DNA of 64,000 nucleotides from Saccostrea echinata (Eukaryota): NCBI RefSeq assembly GCF_033153115.1, contig NW_026889778.1, positions 4,960,001 to 5,024,000 of the forward strand, read 5' to 3'. Shown piece by piece: positions 51,301 to 64,000 of this stretch (position 1 is its first letter; each line of letters starts with the position of its first letter). The notes under the pieces were generated by a model. It saw only the letters and a program-made list of their open reading frames with translations, ran no database searches and was not told where the DNA came from. The position numbers and the translations under genes were made by a program.

Positions 51301-52025
51301 CAAAATAGGACGCATTAGACATTTTCTTACGGATGGGGCATGTAAAACACTTGTCCACTCTCTGGTGACGTCACGATTGGACTATGGTAATGCGCTCTTA
51401 TTCAACATAAATAGCACATATATATGCAAATTGCAGAGGGTTCAGAACACGGGTGCTAGACTTATTACTAGGACAGGCAAGCGTGAACATATTTAGCCCA
51501 TACTTGTTCAGCTACATTGGCTTCCTGTCAAATATAGAGTGCAATACAAACTATGTGTCTATGTTTTCAAAGCACTTCATGGTTTGGCACCGAATTATCT
51601 TTCTGAGCTAGTTTGCGAATACAGACCCGCCAGGTCACTTCGCTCGGTTTCGTCAAACAAGTTGGTTGTGCCTCGAGTCCGATCAAAAACATACGGTGAT
51701 CGTAGATTCGATAGAGTTGCTCCAACACTTTGGAATCAGCTGCCAGTAGAACTTCGACAAGTTCACAAATTGGAAGTTTTTAAAAGGGAACTTAAGACTC
51801 ATCTTTTTAAAAAAGCCTTTACTTGAAGTGGAAAGTGTATATACGTATGGCTTGTTTTAATATCAACGTGACTGTATTTTCAGAATGCCTTACTATTTTA
51901 TAGGTGATATAAGATTGTTTTACTCTTCCGTTTTTTATGTAGATTGTTATATCTATGTAAAGCCCTTTAGAGTTCACATAAGATAAGGCGCTATATATTA
52001 TTATATTATTATTTTATTATTATTT
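48400..52025 (+). mobile_element. Near full-length L2/CR1-group LINE (APE + RT) with few frameshifts
   Basis: APE: 'TINCRSVKNK', 'LAITETWL', 'GGGVA', 'GNFNIH', 'GDHK'. RT: 'NYRPVSNLPFISKVLEK', 'QSAYRKYHSTETAL', 'LDLSAAFDVIDH', 'GVPQGSVL', 'YADDTQVY', 'SRLDYGNALL', 'LHWLPV', 'FKRELKTHLF'. The 3' end 'gtaaagccc...aaggcgctatata' is followed by a (TAT)n tail. The 5' boundary is approximate. Confidence 0.93.
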
Positions 52026-52349
52026 ATATCCCTTCCATCTCGACTACGATGAGAGAAAAAAAACTAAAAAATATAGAGTTTTTTTAATGAAACAGATAGC
52101 CATTGAATATCCGCTTTATTTCCTGAATGATTATAGTATTTTTTAATCAACGAAAACTGCTTTTACCTTTTCACCCAAAATTCTTTTGACCGCTGGATCA
52201 GACGATTCTCACCGAAAAAAATCAGAACTTTCGAAATTATACGTGGCTTTGATATGAACATTATTCAGACTAATCTTTACTTTTCACTACGACTTTCATT
52301 AAATCTGAATATAAGAGCTTTTCTAACTTTTATGACATGTTATCTACTG

Positions 52350-52800
52350 AGAGGGCGGCGTGCAGAGCCAACAGAGGCAAAGACTTATTGTAAATCTTTT
52401 TGAAACAAACTAAATTTATCCCATAAGATACCCCTATCGTATAATAACATATATTGATCATCATCCTGTGAGGAGCCCCTCGATTAGCAATTTTATCTAC
52501 CTGCATGAGCTCGTGTTCGAGTAGTACCCGGGACGTCACAGCCAAGATTAGACCTGTTTGGCTTGTTCTGAAGTAGCCGGGGCGGGTGCTCAAAAGTACA
52601 TCAGGTATTTACGGGAATGAAAATGTAATTTGTAAAATACGTTTATATAGTTTGAATCTACACACTTAGTATGGTTGTTTTTTTTTACTATTTTTTCCCC
52701 AGGGTCCTATTTCCTTGGGCTTTCGTCCCGTTTCTAAAATGACACAGGTCTTGGGCGGGGTATTTAAATTTCATTGATACAATAGCCAGTCCAGGGCGAG
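52350..52800 (+). promoter_or_regulatory. Candidate promoter-like GC/CpG-richer island with GC boxes
   Basis: GGGCGG at ~52353, 52579 and 52753. 'tatttaaa' at 52761 is followed ~25 nt later by 'ccagtc'. GACGTCA occurs at ~52532. No downstream CDS was found in the window. Confidence 0.35.
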
Positions 52801-53738
52801 GGGGAGAGTCTTGGTTATGCAGCTACAACAGCACATGTGAAAGAGAGAGAGTCAGATGCAGCCCTGACGGACAACTCGTGACCAGCATTTAAAAGTTATG
52901 TGTTAAAAAGAATTCAACACTTTGAAAATTATATTGATTAAATCCAAAGATAATCCAAACAGCATTGTGAAAGTTTAAGAAACAGTGATTTATGTGTTAT
53001 TTGTGAATTTATATTCAATTTCATTTATGAAAAAATACGTGTGAGGAAAATTCAACACCCAAATTCTGAAAATGTTAAACATAGGTGCTGTGATCAGTTA
53101 ATCACACTTTCCAGGACACTTCCCAGGACGGTCTGCAGTTAGACATTTCATTTTAATTATTTTTATTTTATTGTAAAAATTTAGTTTTGTTTTTTAAATT
53201 TTGTAAGAATTTCAGTTTGTTGTTTCCTTGGTTTATTCGGGTTCTAAAGGTGTATTACTCACATCTTAACACTTTTTTTAAAGAATCATACAATTCACTT
53301 TGAAATAGAACAAAAACGTATTTGCTTTGCTGAATACATCAATGTACCTTTATTTACAGGTTTACAAAAATATTTCAAACAATTTTGAAGGAACTACCCT
53401 GGGACTTCACAGGATTTGATCACGTGACCAAGTTCATTTCCCAGTGAACTTCTTAACATTGATGTTTATTTTTAAATGAGTTCAACTGAAATTTGTATAT
53501 TATGTATATGTATAAGATTCAGCAGGAATTGAAACAAACTTCAAAATACAGGAAGTTCTAATCTGAATCATATATATTGAGCATCGCTTTGAATTCACTC
53601 AAAACAAGATAACCATGTATACCGACATACATGAGTAATGTATACAAAACGCAACATAACTACAAGGATAAGAAAATAAAAAAAAGTATTTTTCATACAT
53701 TTCTTTTCCACGAGAATTATAAATATATCTACTTTTTG

Positions 53739-53740
<2 letters not shown>

Positions 53741-53781
<41 letters not shown>
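53741..53781. repeat. (CT)n microsatellite
   Basis: Direct reading. Confidence 0.95.
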
Positions 53782-53785
<4 letters not shown>

Positions 53786-54296
53786 CAGTTTTAATCCTAA
53801 GTTAAAGAAATTCAGGTCAGTCAAAAGGCTTGCCAAGATGTATTTGAATTTACTGATGCTTTAGAATTATACATATACATTCAAAGCACGACATAACTGA
53901 CGTCAGGTTCTGTAACATTTTTATAATTAGAGGAAGACATTACCTGAATCACTAATATATCATTGTTATGCTTTATGTCCTCCTTAAATATATCAATAAA
54001 ATATTCGTTTATATAATTTTACTGTGCCTGTAATTCTGAACAGCAACAAAAAGTCAGTTAAGAACCTATCACAATGTTATCGATGTCCAGTCTGGAAGCT
54101 ATTTAATCTCTTTTTACTCTAGCAACTATTGCCAAACTATTTTGCATTTAGAGAAAAAGGACATACGTTACTTATTTGTTTATTTAAGGACACTCTATAC
54201 ACTGTACATTAATTTCAGGATACTTTTATATATCTAGATTGATCCACCATTTGATATAGAATAGAATCTTTTGTAATCTGCACTGTATTACATAGT

Positions 54297-54592
54297 TTGT
54301 TTGTTTGGTTTTTGTTGAAGCTCTCTTTCGAGAATTTTTCACTCATATTAAGACGCCACCACTTGCCGGTGGAGAGCTGCAAATGTAGACCTACACTCGA
54401 CACAGAGTCATTGAGCAGTGATGAATCTTTTTCGTCCAAACACCTACTGCGACACAGGACCTCGGTTTATACTGTCTCATCCAAAGGACCGATCTCTACG
54501 TCCCACAGTGGGATTCGAACCCGCGACGTAAGGATTAACTACGTACTCCGCGACTCTAATGCAAACGCTCTAGCCAGTCACCACACTGGCAA
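54297..54592 (-). mobile_element. tRNA-derived SINE, near full length
   Basis: Minus strand has an A-box-like 'tggtgactggctagagcg', a B-box 'GGGTTCGAATCCC' (54510-54522), a conserved body and an (AAAC)n tail at ~54297. Confidence 0.8.
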
Positions 54593-56059
54593 CTACATAA
54601 TTTGTAAGTAATGCAAGTATTCTTAACCTTATATTAGACTGTGATAGATGAATTTAAAACTTTTAATTGAATGCAATTTTCCCATTTGAGTAAGCATAAT
54701 AATGCGATTTTTCTTCGTCAGTACTTCATTGTCTATAAAGATCGTTCTTGGTTAAAAAAAAAAAAAGGTACGCAACTTCTGTTGAAAATGAACCACATGA
54801 TTTTGTTATTTACTTTTTCATTCTCTATAATTTTCTCAAGTCTAAAGAACATTTTTCTTCAGTGTATAGGGTCTTTAATTCACAGTGCCTTTTATTAAGA
54901 ACAGCTGTTACTGTAAAAAGTCAATTGACAATATATCACGATGTTATCGATCTTCAGTCTGAGTGCTATTTAATTTCTTCATACTTTCATAATCGACCAG
55001 CCAGTTTGAATTTAAAGATAAAGGACCAAGCATACAAAAACTCACACAACATATTTTTTGAAAGTTTGTACAGGCTTTATTATCGCTAAAACACAAAGAC
55101 GTATTGATGAGGAAGTTTCTTTATCCATCCAAATTGTTGCTTTCCTCCTAAGCTATACTTCCATATCTATTTTAAAACTAAATGCATAAAAGGGGAAAAA
55201 ATGTCTATTAACTTTACCTTACCTATTGTCCTTATAACTTATTTCTGATTATGTTTTGTCTAATGCACACATGCATATCTGTATGAGTATATACCTTTTA
55301 ATGGGTGCTTGTTGTCAAGTCTTCGAAAGAAAAGCAGGATTTCAAAATGTAAAATTAATGACCAAATTAATTGATGCAATTATTCAAAATGAAGGCAGTT
55401 GTGGAGAAAAAAATGTGACATTGGAAAGGGGTGAATTTTTTACAGGAGTTAATGAATTGAGAATCTTCTAGGCATGATGCCCGAAGTTCAATCAAATATG
55501 TATATGACTTTACATAATAAAATATTGATTTAATTTATTAAATATTGAGAATACCCAAAAAATAAGATTTGTGTTTGGTTAAGACATGGCTCCAATGACT
55601 AATGTGAAAGCAGAGCCAGAAAAGTTTGGTGGAAACATGAACATTTGGTCAAGGAAATGTAAGAATATGGTTTAGTTATTCATTGGGTCAAGTAGATATC
55701 AAGAAACAATGAGGAAGAACTTCTATCTAATTAATATACAGGTAAATGGAAAGCTAAAGAAATGAATTAATTACTTGTTCTTCTAAGAAATATGCTTCAT
55801 AACCATTTCTTTAAAGGTGATAATTAATCAAACATATTCTAGATATTGTAGAACGATAAAAAGCCTATGTAGTGCAATATTCTAATACTTTTCAAATGCA
55901 AATATGGTGTTCTATAGAAAAAAAAACTACTTGGTCATCCACTTCATTTTGTCAAGTATTTGTCAAGTACTTAAGAAAGGTGACAATAATATTCTAACGT
56001 AATGCCTGATAAATAAAAAGATTTGAATTGTATTTCCTATCCCAACCTATCGCATCTTT

Positions 56060-56965
56060 CTGTGTTCAGTAATTCAGAAATTAGAAAGACTACACGATAA
56101 GTATGTACAGATCCCACCTAATAAAGCAGGTAATAACATTGTCTTTGTTTGTAAAGCTCATTACTTTAATTGTATTTTAGAAGGACTAGGATTTAATTCT
56201 ACAAGTGGCAATCCAATTTATACCCACGGGTCCCTTTTGAAGGAGAAAAAATTCTTCAAAATCATGTATTAGTTTTGAATATTTTTAATATTCCCAACAA
56301 CCACAATGAATTTAAATTACCATGTTTGTATTGGATTCCGAAACTTCATGAAAATCCATACAAACAAAGATACATAGCGGGTTCCAGTAAATGTTCTACC
56401 AAGCCTCTTTCTTTACTTCTCACTAAAATATTAACAACAGTGAAGGAGAAACTTCAGGAGTACTGTGCAACAATATATTCGAGAGATGGTGTAAATCAGA
56501 TGTGGATACTTAAATATTATAAGGTACTTTTGTAAAATTTGAAATCACAAATTTTTACCAAAATCAATAACATAAAAGTTTACGACTTTTCAACTCTGTA
56601 TACAACCATTCCCCACGATAAATTAAATACCAGGCTTTTTGACATCACTGACAGTTGCTTTTTCAATAAAAATGGAACTCGTAAATTTACTTACCTTGTC
56701 ATTGGTCATTTGCAAAATTATTTTGTTATAAAAATATTCTGATTCTACACACAACTACCCTGAAGTAGATACTAAAAAGATGCTTGAGTTTCTGATTGAC
56801 AATATCTATGTAGATTTTGGAGACCAGGTCTTCCAACACTCTGTTGGAATTCCCTTGGGTACCTATTACACCCTGTTGAAAGAAGACCTATTTTTGTATT
56901 CAAATGAAACAGAATTCATTCAAAATATTTTACATGAGAAAAACAAATCTCTTGCTGTGGCTTTC
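56060..56965 (+). mobile_element. Penelope-like RT N-terminal/core fragment
   Basis: 'YWIPKLHENPYKQRYIAGSSKCSTKPLS', 'GVNQMWILK', 'DFSTLYTTIPH', 'MLEFLIDNIYV...VFQHSVGIPLGT'. Confidence 0.88.
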
Positions 56966-57472
56966 AAATTATCTATATTCAAGGCCACATCAATTCAACA
57001 GCGACTCCCAAGACCAATAGAGAACAACAAAATGCCTAATCCAGCCTCCACTGCATCTCTTCAAGAAGTTGAAGACAGAGAATTAACTGCCATCCGATCT
57101 TGATGATTCAGTCTTTGGAAGTTTAATTGAAAGAAAGAGGTATCAGCATTTCTTATGTAAACACTGCATATCTCTCTTTCCATGACTGCGAAACCACTAT
57201 CCACTCATCAGTGATTTATTTACGTCACATGCAAATTCATTTAAAACTGTTATAAAAAAATATGTCTGTGAAAATGTGTTGTTACTAAATATTAGAATAC
57301 AGGCAATCTTGTTTTTTTTTTTCAAAATCAGTTGTATAATTCATTTTTTTTTTGGTTGCTGTTGAACTTGTTGCTGAAAATTTTCATTAAGCTTTATGTA
57401 AATTTATCTTTTCAATATAGGGATAAGTGCATTTTGAGAAATATGTGATCATTAAGTTTATATGTTTTTAGA

Positions 57473-57666
57473 TTAAACTATTTGATAAACTTAAAAAAAA
57501 TATTGTAAATCTATTCTCACATTTTTTAAATAGATTTATTTATTTTCTATCAAAGTTTTATTGTTAAACTATTTGATAAACGTAAAAAATATATTGTAAA
57601 TCTATTCTTATCAATTTTTAAATAGATTTATTTATTTTCTATCAAAGTTTTATTGTTGAACTATTT
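57473..57666. repeat. Tandem duplication, ~91-bp unit x2.1
   Basis: 'ttaaactatttgataaac...atcaaagttttattg' begins at 57473 and 57564, with a partial third copy at 57656. Confidence 0.85.
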
Positions 57667-58039
57667 CATCGAGTTTGATTTATTCATGTTTATTCTCAAC
57701 TGAAGATTCCTGTACTTGATTTTAATCAATTAACCTAGTATAAGATTTATTCATTTTAAAATATATAAGAAAATTGAAAATGAAATATTTTATTCAAATT
57801 TATATGATTATCATAATACGTACATGTATGATATGCCACTTTGTAAAGTCTAATTCTGTTAAGGCTGTAATAATTCAATTTGGAGTACATGTGTTTTACT
57901 AGGTTTCAATTTATAGTCTTAACGTTATGAACCGCAGCTTTAAATACATTTAACAAAATTTGATTTCTTACAATTTTTTTATTCAATTTCCTGACTTATT
58001 ACTTTATACCGCACTCATTTGATTGTTTACTATATGGGT

Positions 58040-58170
58040 AAAGCAATACATTTGTTGACAGGAGTCTAGGGACACAGTTGATCTGTCGGATCGGTGTGCA
58101 AACTTGTGAAAACACTGGTCTGACAGATCAACTGTTGCCCTCAGTCCCAGTGAACAACTGCGTACTATTT
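58040..58170. repeat. Imperfect palindrome/hairpin
   Basis: 'agggacacagttgatctgtcgga...tctgacagatcaactgttgccct' with outer 'ttgttgac'/'gtgaacaa' arms. Confidence 0.7.
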
Positions 58171-58190
58171 TAATTAGATCTTAGTTTTTA

Positions 58191-59088
58191 CCCTAACAAA
58201 AAATACTATAGTTAAATAAAGTTTACTATAGTTAACTATAGTAAATCAAAGTGTCAAAGTGATCACTATAGTTAATCAAAGTTTTCAAAGTGATCACTAT
58301 AGTGTCAAAGTGATCACTATAGTAAATCAAAGTTTTCAAAGTGAACACTATAGTGTCATAGTGATCACTATATAGTAAATCAGTTTTCACTAATGTAAAT
58401 CAAAGTTTTCATAGTGATCACTATAGTAAATCAAAGTTTTCATAGCGATCACTATAGTAAATCAAAGTGTCAAAGTTATCACTTTAGTAAATCAAAGTGT
58501 CAAAGTTATCACTATAGTAAATCAAAGTTTTCATAGTGTCAAAGTTATCACTATAGTAAATCAAAGTGTCAAAGTTATCACTATAGTAAATCAAAGTGTC
58601 AAAGTTATCACTATAGTAAATCAAAGTGTCAAAGTTATCACTATAGTAAATCAAAGTGTCAAAGTTATCACTATAGTAAATCAAAGTGTCAAAGTTATCA
58701 CTATAGTAAATCATAGTGTCAAAGTTATCACTATAGTAAATCATAGTGTCAAAGTTATCACTATAGTAAATCAAAGTGTCAAAGTTATCACTATAGTAAA
58801 TCAAAGTGTCAAAGTTATCACTATAGTAAATCAAAGTGTCAAAGTTATCACTATAGTAAATCATAGTGTCAAAGTTATCACTATAGTAAATCATAGTGTC
58901 AAGTTATCACTATAGTAAATCAAAGTGTCAAAGTTATCACTATAGTAAATCAAAGTGTCAAAGTTATCACTATAGTAAATCATAGTGTCAAAGTTATCAC
59001 TATAGTAAATCATAGTGTCAAGTTATCACTATAGTAAATCAAAGTGTCAAAGTTATCACTATAGTTAACTATAGTATTTTTGTTAGGG
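58191..59088. mobile_element. TIR element filled with a 30-bp tandem satellite, flanked by TA
   Basis: 'ccctaacaaaaaatactatagttaa' pairs with 'ttaactatagtatttttgttaggg'. TA lies at 58189-58190 and 59089-59090. The unit is 'ctatagtaaatcaaagtgtcaaagttatca'. Confidence 0.88.
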
Positions 59089-60274
59089 TATCTCAATTTG
59101 TAAATTATGTATGTAAATACCGAAAATTGACGAAGGAGAGTTTAACCAGTTTCTTTGTCAGTCTTTTTCAAATTTGATGATAAAGCTGTTTTTTTTTTTT
59201 TCATTTTCTTTTTGAACGGAAACTATGCATTTAGAATTTATTAAGGTAAAGAATAAGCTTTCTTCGATAATTTTAAAACATAAACATAATTTTTTAGATC
59301 TTGCCCGCAAGGTATTAAACATTCTGAACACGTTTCAGAGTAGGCTTGCTGTATTTTGACAAGATTCACACTTGTCTGTTTTATGTTTGAACATGTACAT
59401 ATATACATTGGTAATAACTAGGTGATCGCAAAATGCTAAAAATTGGTAATATATTGTGTATGCATGCTGTAGTTATTTTCAGCTGTTGTATTTCTTTGAA
59501 AGGTGTGTTGAATTGATAAACTGGGCATGCTTCTGTGCATCTATGCGATATTGCTTGTTATGTGACACAGGTATATTCAAGTGTGAATACTACCGTAATT
59601 TGACTATGAAATATTACACGCACGTCGTATTATCGAATTCAAATAAAGTTATCGCTTATTACACTGTTAAGTAAATATTTATATTTACTTTTTGAAAATA
59701 TTGTTTGACAGGTGTTTTCGATCTCCATTGCAATATTTATATATAAGTAAAAATTAAACACTGTTCAACGACCAATAGATCTTGGCTGACAAAAAGGTAA
59801 TATTTATTTTACTTTTTTTAAATGACCATAGTGCACTTTTTACATATAAAAACATGTCATAATAAGAAAATTCATTGAGTTTATTTACGGGCTCTATTAA
59901 TTAAAATGAAGTACTAATTAGTTAATAGATTATTTTGAAAATATTTTTTGTTGATTGTGGAACCATATGTACACGGACATGTCAAAATAGTATTTCTATT
60001 TCTTTTTTCAAATTTGAAATAACTGAATAGTTATTTATCTTTGGGATAAGCATTGGTATGTTCTTTTTTTTTACAGCGTATAAATACATTTACCATTTAA
60101 GAACGGAAAGTCTATTTTCTCTTCAATAACAAAAATGAAAAATATATAAATTACCAACAATGTACAAGACAATAAATATATTATTGACTAAATAGACATA
60201 CAGACATAAAACAGCCGTCACTCATCCAGTCAGTCAAGATCTTTGTAACACCAATATGTACAAATGCACATATA

Positions 60275-61324
60275 CAAGGGTTGTCCGATAAAATCGTGGA
60301 CAAGTTGTCTAGAGTGAAAAATAATTATCACTACGTTTTAAATTTTCACTACTTTTTAGTATATTTTTCATCATTGTATTAACAAATTTCAAATAGATAT
60401 ATGCTCAAATAAACAAAATATGAGACTTTATGTTGTGTGGTATCGCCTTACGGCGCACGGATGATAACGTCAAAGTATCTAAAGCAGCGTCATGCTTCCT
60501 CTTTGATAAACAAAAGTTGGATAAGCCCCACTTAAATTCGGGGATTTCATTGATACACATACTTGACTTTCCCTCTATTCCTCCATAAACAGTCGAGGAA
60601 CCAATCTCGCACACACATGCAACCTTTTGAAGATTTATTAGTAAGTTATGGACAGTACATTCACTTTCAGGCAACTATCTTATATCGACGGTCTACAGTG
60701 ACAGCGTCTTTCGCTATTGCCAGTAGCTGTTTGTATGTATGTTTTGTTCTACCCGGGGACCCGATCAAAAAGCTTCCGCTTAGAAAACTCCCATTTCACT
60801 TGTATACTAAAGATCTAGTGATATTTTTATATCTTTTTTCTTCTTTAGTCATTTAAAGTTTCTAAGGGCGTCATTACTACATATAAATCAAACTGAAGTG
60901 ATCTCCTGTTCGCCGTAACGTCACCAAACGTTGCATTTACCACTTTCCAATTTCAAATGATCGTGATACTGCCAAAAATTAAGCAAATACCTTGAAATTT
61001 TACGCAAGTCGAGATAATAGATAGTGGATGAAAAATAGGATAATTTTTTATCCCAACCTTATCTTATTAATACTTTTATTTCGAAATAATACTTGTGTAT
61101 TCGCTAATGAAACCCTGGTATTTTTTTATCGTGCGCCATAAGACCGTACCCTGTGCACAATCAAACATAGTAAATTCTTTTGTTTTGTCTATCTTTTATT
61201 TAAAAAAAAGATAATAAAATGAGCTTAAATATGATAAATAAACATTTGCTGAAAATTTCAGCTTAGTGAGCCTATTAGTTTTCGAGAAAATCGCTTTGTC
61301 TACGATTTTACCGGACAACCCTCG
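60275..61324 (-). mobile_element. Internally deleted mariner element with transposase N-terminal relic
   Basis: TA-caagggttgtccgataaaatcgtggacaa pairs with ttgtctacgattttaccggacaaccctcg-TA. Minus-strand HTH-like fragments read 'TRSLVYKW', 'PGR', 'VDRR' and 'EIGSSTVY'. Confidence 0.8.
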
Positions 61325-63157
61325 TATGAAATTTAATTATATTTTCAACTAAGGGTATCTATTTACCCCCACTAAAAAGAAAAAAAAGTTCTGAAAAACA
61401 GAAATCACAGTTTCTTATTTAAAAGTGGAAAACACACACACTGATTCTTAATTATCTTCATTCAAGCAGTCGAGGAAAATAACAGTTACCCATGCTTTCA
61501 GTTTTAAAATTTTCTTTCATTGAAATACTTTTGTTGAATTATGTTTAGTTTTATATAGGGCAGTAAATTATCAAATAACTAAAGAAAAATAAAAATAAAG
61601 CGCTTCAAATAAACCAAGTCCTTCTATGAAATGTTCATCCTAGAGAACCCTAATTTAAAATTAATTTGCGAGTGTAGTGCTTTTAGCATTGAATATTTTT
61701 GGTTACTCTAATGTTGACTCCATACTTTTCTCCAACCCGAATTTTAAGGGGTCTCGGAATCCCCACAACATCAGTATGCTTCAATATCAATACGACTAAT
61801 GTGATCTTAAAGTTGTGGAGAATAACATCCATTTCCTGCGATTCCTGAAAATTTTTAGGGGGGCCTGGGGACGACCTCCACCCCACCCAATCCAAAATTG
61901 GGTTATGAGTGCATGAACTGTCATAATATGAAGCATATCAAATACGTTGAAATAAATAAAATTTATATAATATAACATTTGGCATTCTTGCAAAATCAAC
62001 ATTGCGTAGATTTTACTTATCTAGCAATCAATATCACAAGAAATGTTTTACGTCGTCTATTTCCACAGTACAAGCCTGTCATCAGTTCTTGATACAAATT
62101 AAATTCGTAAGACATTTTCCTCCGTAAAGTATTCCTATACTTCTTTTATTTTTTTCTTTTAGAAATGCTTTTAAATGCCTTCACAAAAGAAGGGATTTTT
62201 TTTAAGATAAAGATGGCGATTGCCAATCGGCAAGAATTAAATGGACTTATCTCTGCCTTGGCTTATGAATCAATTTTAAAAAATATCATAGGAAATAGTG
62301 ACACCATCAGTAGTGAAATATCTTGATGTTGTTTTAGTGCAAGATACTTTAAATTGGATCGTTTTGGGAAAAGTAGCGCACATTTTTTTTTAATTAAATA
62401 ATTGAATGTTACTTTGGGGTAACGCACCAAACAGATACATGGAGAGAATTCATAGATCTAAATACGGCATGTAGAATTATACTTGATGCAGCCCCTGATG
62501 CTACCTCAAAGGCATTATTTTTAATCAATTTTTGATTTGGTGACTTTACACAAATACATTTTGCTGTACAAGATATTTTACAACCTGAGCCCTGTTTACC
62601 TCCATGATTTATTTATTCTTCAAAGTTAATTCTAATGCTTATCCGTTACGTTCAGAATCTAATCACAACCTTCGCCTACCATGATACCGAACAGATTAAC
62701 TTAAAAATTCCCTCAAATATTTTGGCCTTCTAATATGGAAGACTTGGCCCTTTGCACCAAATATGTCAATCTTAAAACATAATGTAGAAAAAAAAATATT
62801 CTTAACAATACAATTTTTTTGTGCTGATTTTATTTTGTTTTGTTTTTGTACATAACCGTATATATTGTAATGTCAAATCTTAAAAATGCAATATAGTAAA
62901 ACTTTGGCTTACATTTCAATGTAATTATTATAATGTAAATTTTTACACTTTTTGAATTGGCTCTTACATTTTACAAATTATGCAAAAAACATACATGTAA
63001 CATTGCAAAATTACAAAAGGACATGATATACAAATCAAAGGTGAATTGCATACTTTTTCTAATGAATAAACATGTCTTAGGGCTAATATATAGTTTTGCT
63101 TTGAAATCAGTTTTCCAAATTATCTAATAATACCTTCAAATCACTATAAAAATCCTC

Positions 63158-63642
63158 TACAGTGCATGAAGCTAATTTTGTTACAGTATCGATGCTGATT
63201 TGAATGCTTCCTTTGCTTGCTGATTCAATGCTAGTAATCCTTATCCTGATGCTGTTTTATAATTAGGTCAATGCTACCAGAAGTAGCATCATGCTACCGG
63301 AAGTAGATAATGAATTTCAGCATTGCCGTTTAAAGCAATTAAAGTGCCTTTTACAATAATTTGATCATAATATCTCACTATGTATCAATAATGTGAATAC
63401 TTTAACCAATATTCTTTTTTTCTTTTTACATATTTTACTGAATTAAAACTCATTGATTTTCTGATGCTAGTAGGATAATGCTGATTTTATGTAGGTCAAT
63501 GCTGGTTTTATCCTTTGCTTGCTGATGCTGATCCTGGTAATGCTGTTTTTTAAATGCTGATGCTGATGCTAGCTCAATCCTGATGCTACTAATGCTTATG
63601 CTGATGCTGGTTTATGTAACAAAATTAGTTCCCTGCACTGTA
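63158..63642. mobile_element. Tc1/pogo-like MITE (TA-CAGT...ACTG-TA) with internal TGCTGA-rich repeats
   Basis: 'tacagtgcatgaagctaattttgttac' pairs with 'gtaacaaaattagttccctgcactgta'. Confidence 0.8.
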
Positions 63643-63644
63643 GT

Positions 63645-64000
63645 TTTCTTTTACTACAGTATATAGATTTTTTCAGTATATTTTTTTCCGTAACATTTTT
63701 TAAGATCATAAAATTTAGATTATATTCATTATTTTCTTGTGCATTTCTTATGGTATAAACATAATATTTTGCTAGTAATATACTGATATGCTGGGGATTG
63801 TTATAACTTGTAGTACAAATTCAACTATCACATTTTTACATGAAAGATCAAAGATAAAATATAAATTTAAACTATTATTCCACCAGTTCAAAAAAGCATT
63901 CCAAAACACTTCTGCACTTTGACAGAAATAAAACCTGTGTTCTACTGTGTCCATTTCCTTACATGCTTTAAACCTTATTTGTTATTTGTGACTTTTCTGC
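63645..64000 (-). mobile_element. 3' end of an L1/Tx1-like LINE ORF2 (continues beyond window)
   Basis: Minus strand reads 'KACKEMDTVEHRFYFCQSAEVFWNAFLNWW', the CCHC-like C-terminal zinc-binding signature of L1/Tx1 ORF2. Confidence 0.6.

Noticed and set aside
48755-51826. Prokaryotic RT system (retron, DGR or group II intron)
   Set aside because: APE endonuclease plus RT and a simple-repeat 3' tail identify a eukaryotic non-LTR retrotransposon.
54490-54592. tRNA gene (GGTTCGAATCC)
   Set aside because: There is no intact cloverleaf and it is fused to a SINE body and tail, so it is a SINE head.
58191-59088. CRISPR-like array of 30-bp repeats and the 136-aa repeat ORF
   Set aside because: The units are head-to-tail with no unique spacers, no cas genes are present and the context is eukaryotic. 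The ORF is open only because 30 is divisible by 3.

Overview
Eukaryotic, very AT-rich, repeat-dominated genomic DNA. The repeat families and the TRIM-like gene point to a bivalve, probably an oyster (inference). There are three N-gaps. I can support two host genes. (1) An intact single-coding-exon, RING-less B-box/B-box/coiled-coil/NHL-like (TRIM-like) gene at 42966-44615. (2) A spliced gene that the ORF track shows only in pieces, which I reconstructed by hand. It has a TATA+Inr promoter at about 22098-22130, a non-coding first exon, and coding exons 22404-22455, 24210-24285, 24728-24924 and 27304-27647. It encodes a 222-aa precursor: signal peptide, propeptide, REKR furin site, a 125-aa domain I do not recognise ending in a hidden HDEL, an RKR site, and a 46-aa Arg/Gly-rich tail. 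Its only two cysteines bracket the second cleavage site. This layout resembles a miniature A-B/killer-toxin-like effector and is the most interesting candidate in the window; the function is a hypothesis. The rest is mostly transposon debris: a near-complete L2/CR1-type LINE, two RTEX-like LINEs, a Tx1/L1 3' end, about eight Penelope-like fragments, SINEs, a 7.4-kb decayed piggyBac with nested insertions, mariner, Harbinger, IS3EU-like and hAT-like elements, and several satellite arrays, some carried inside transposons.
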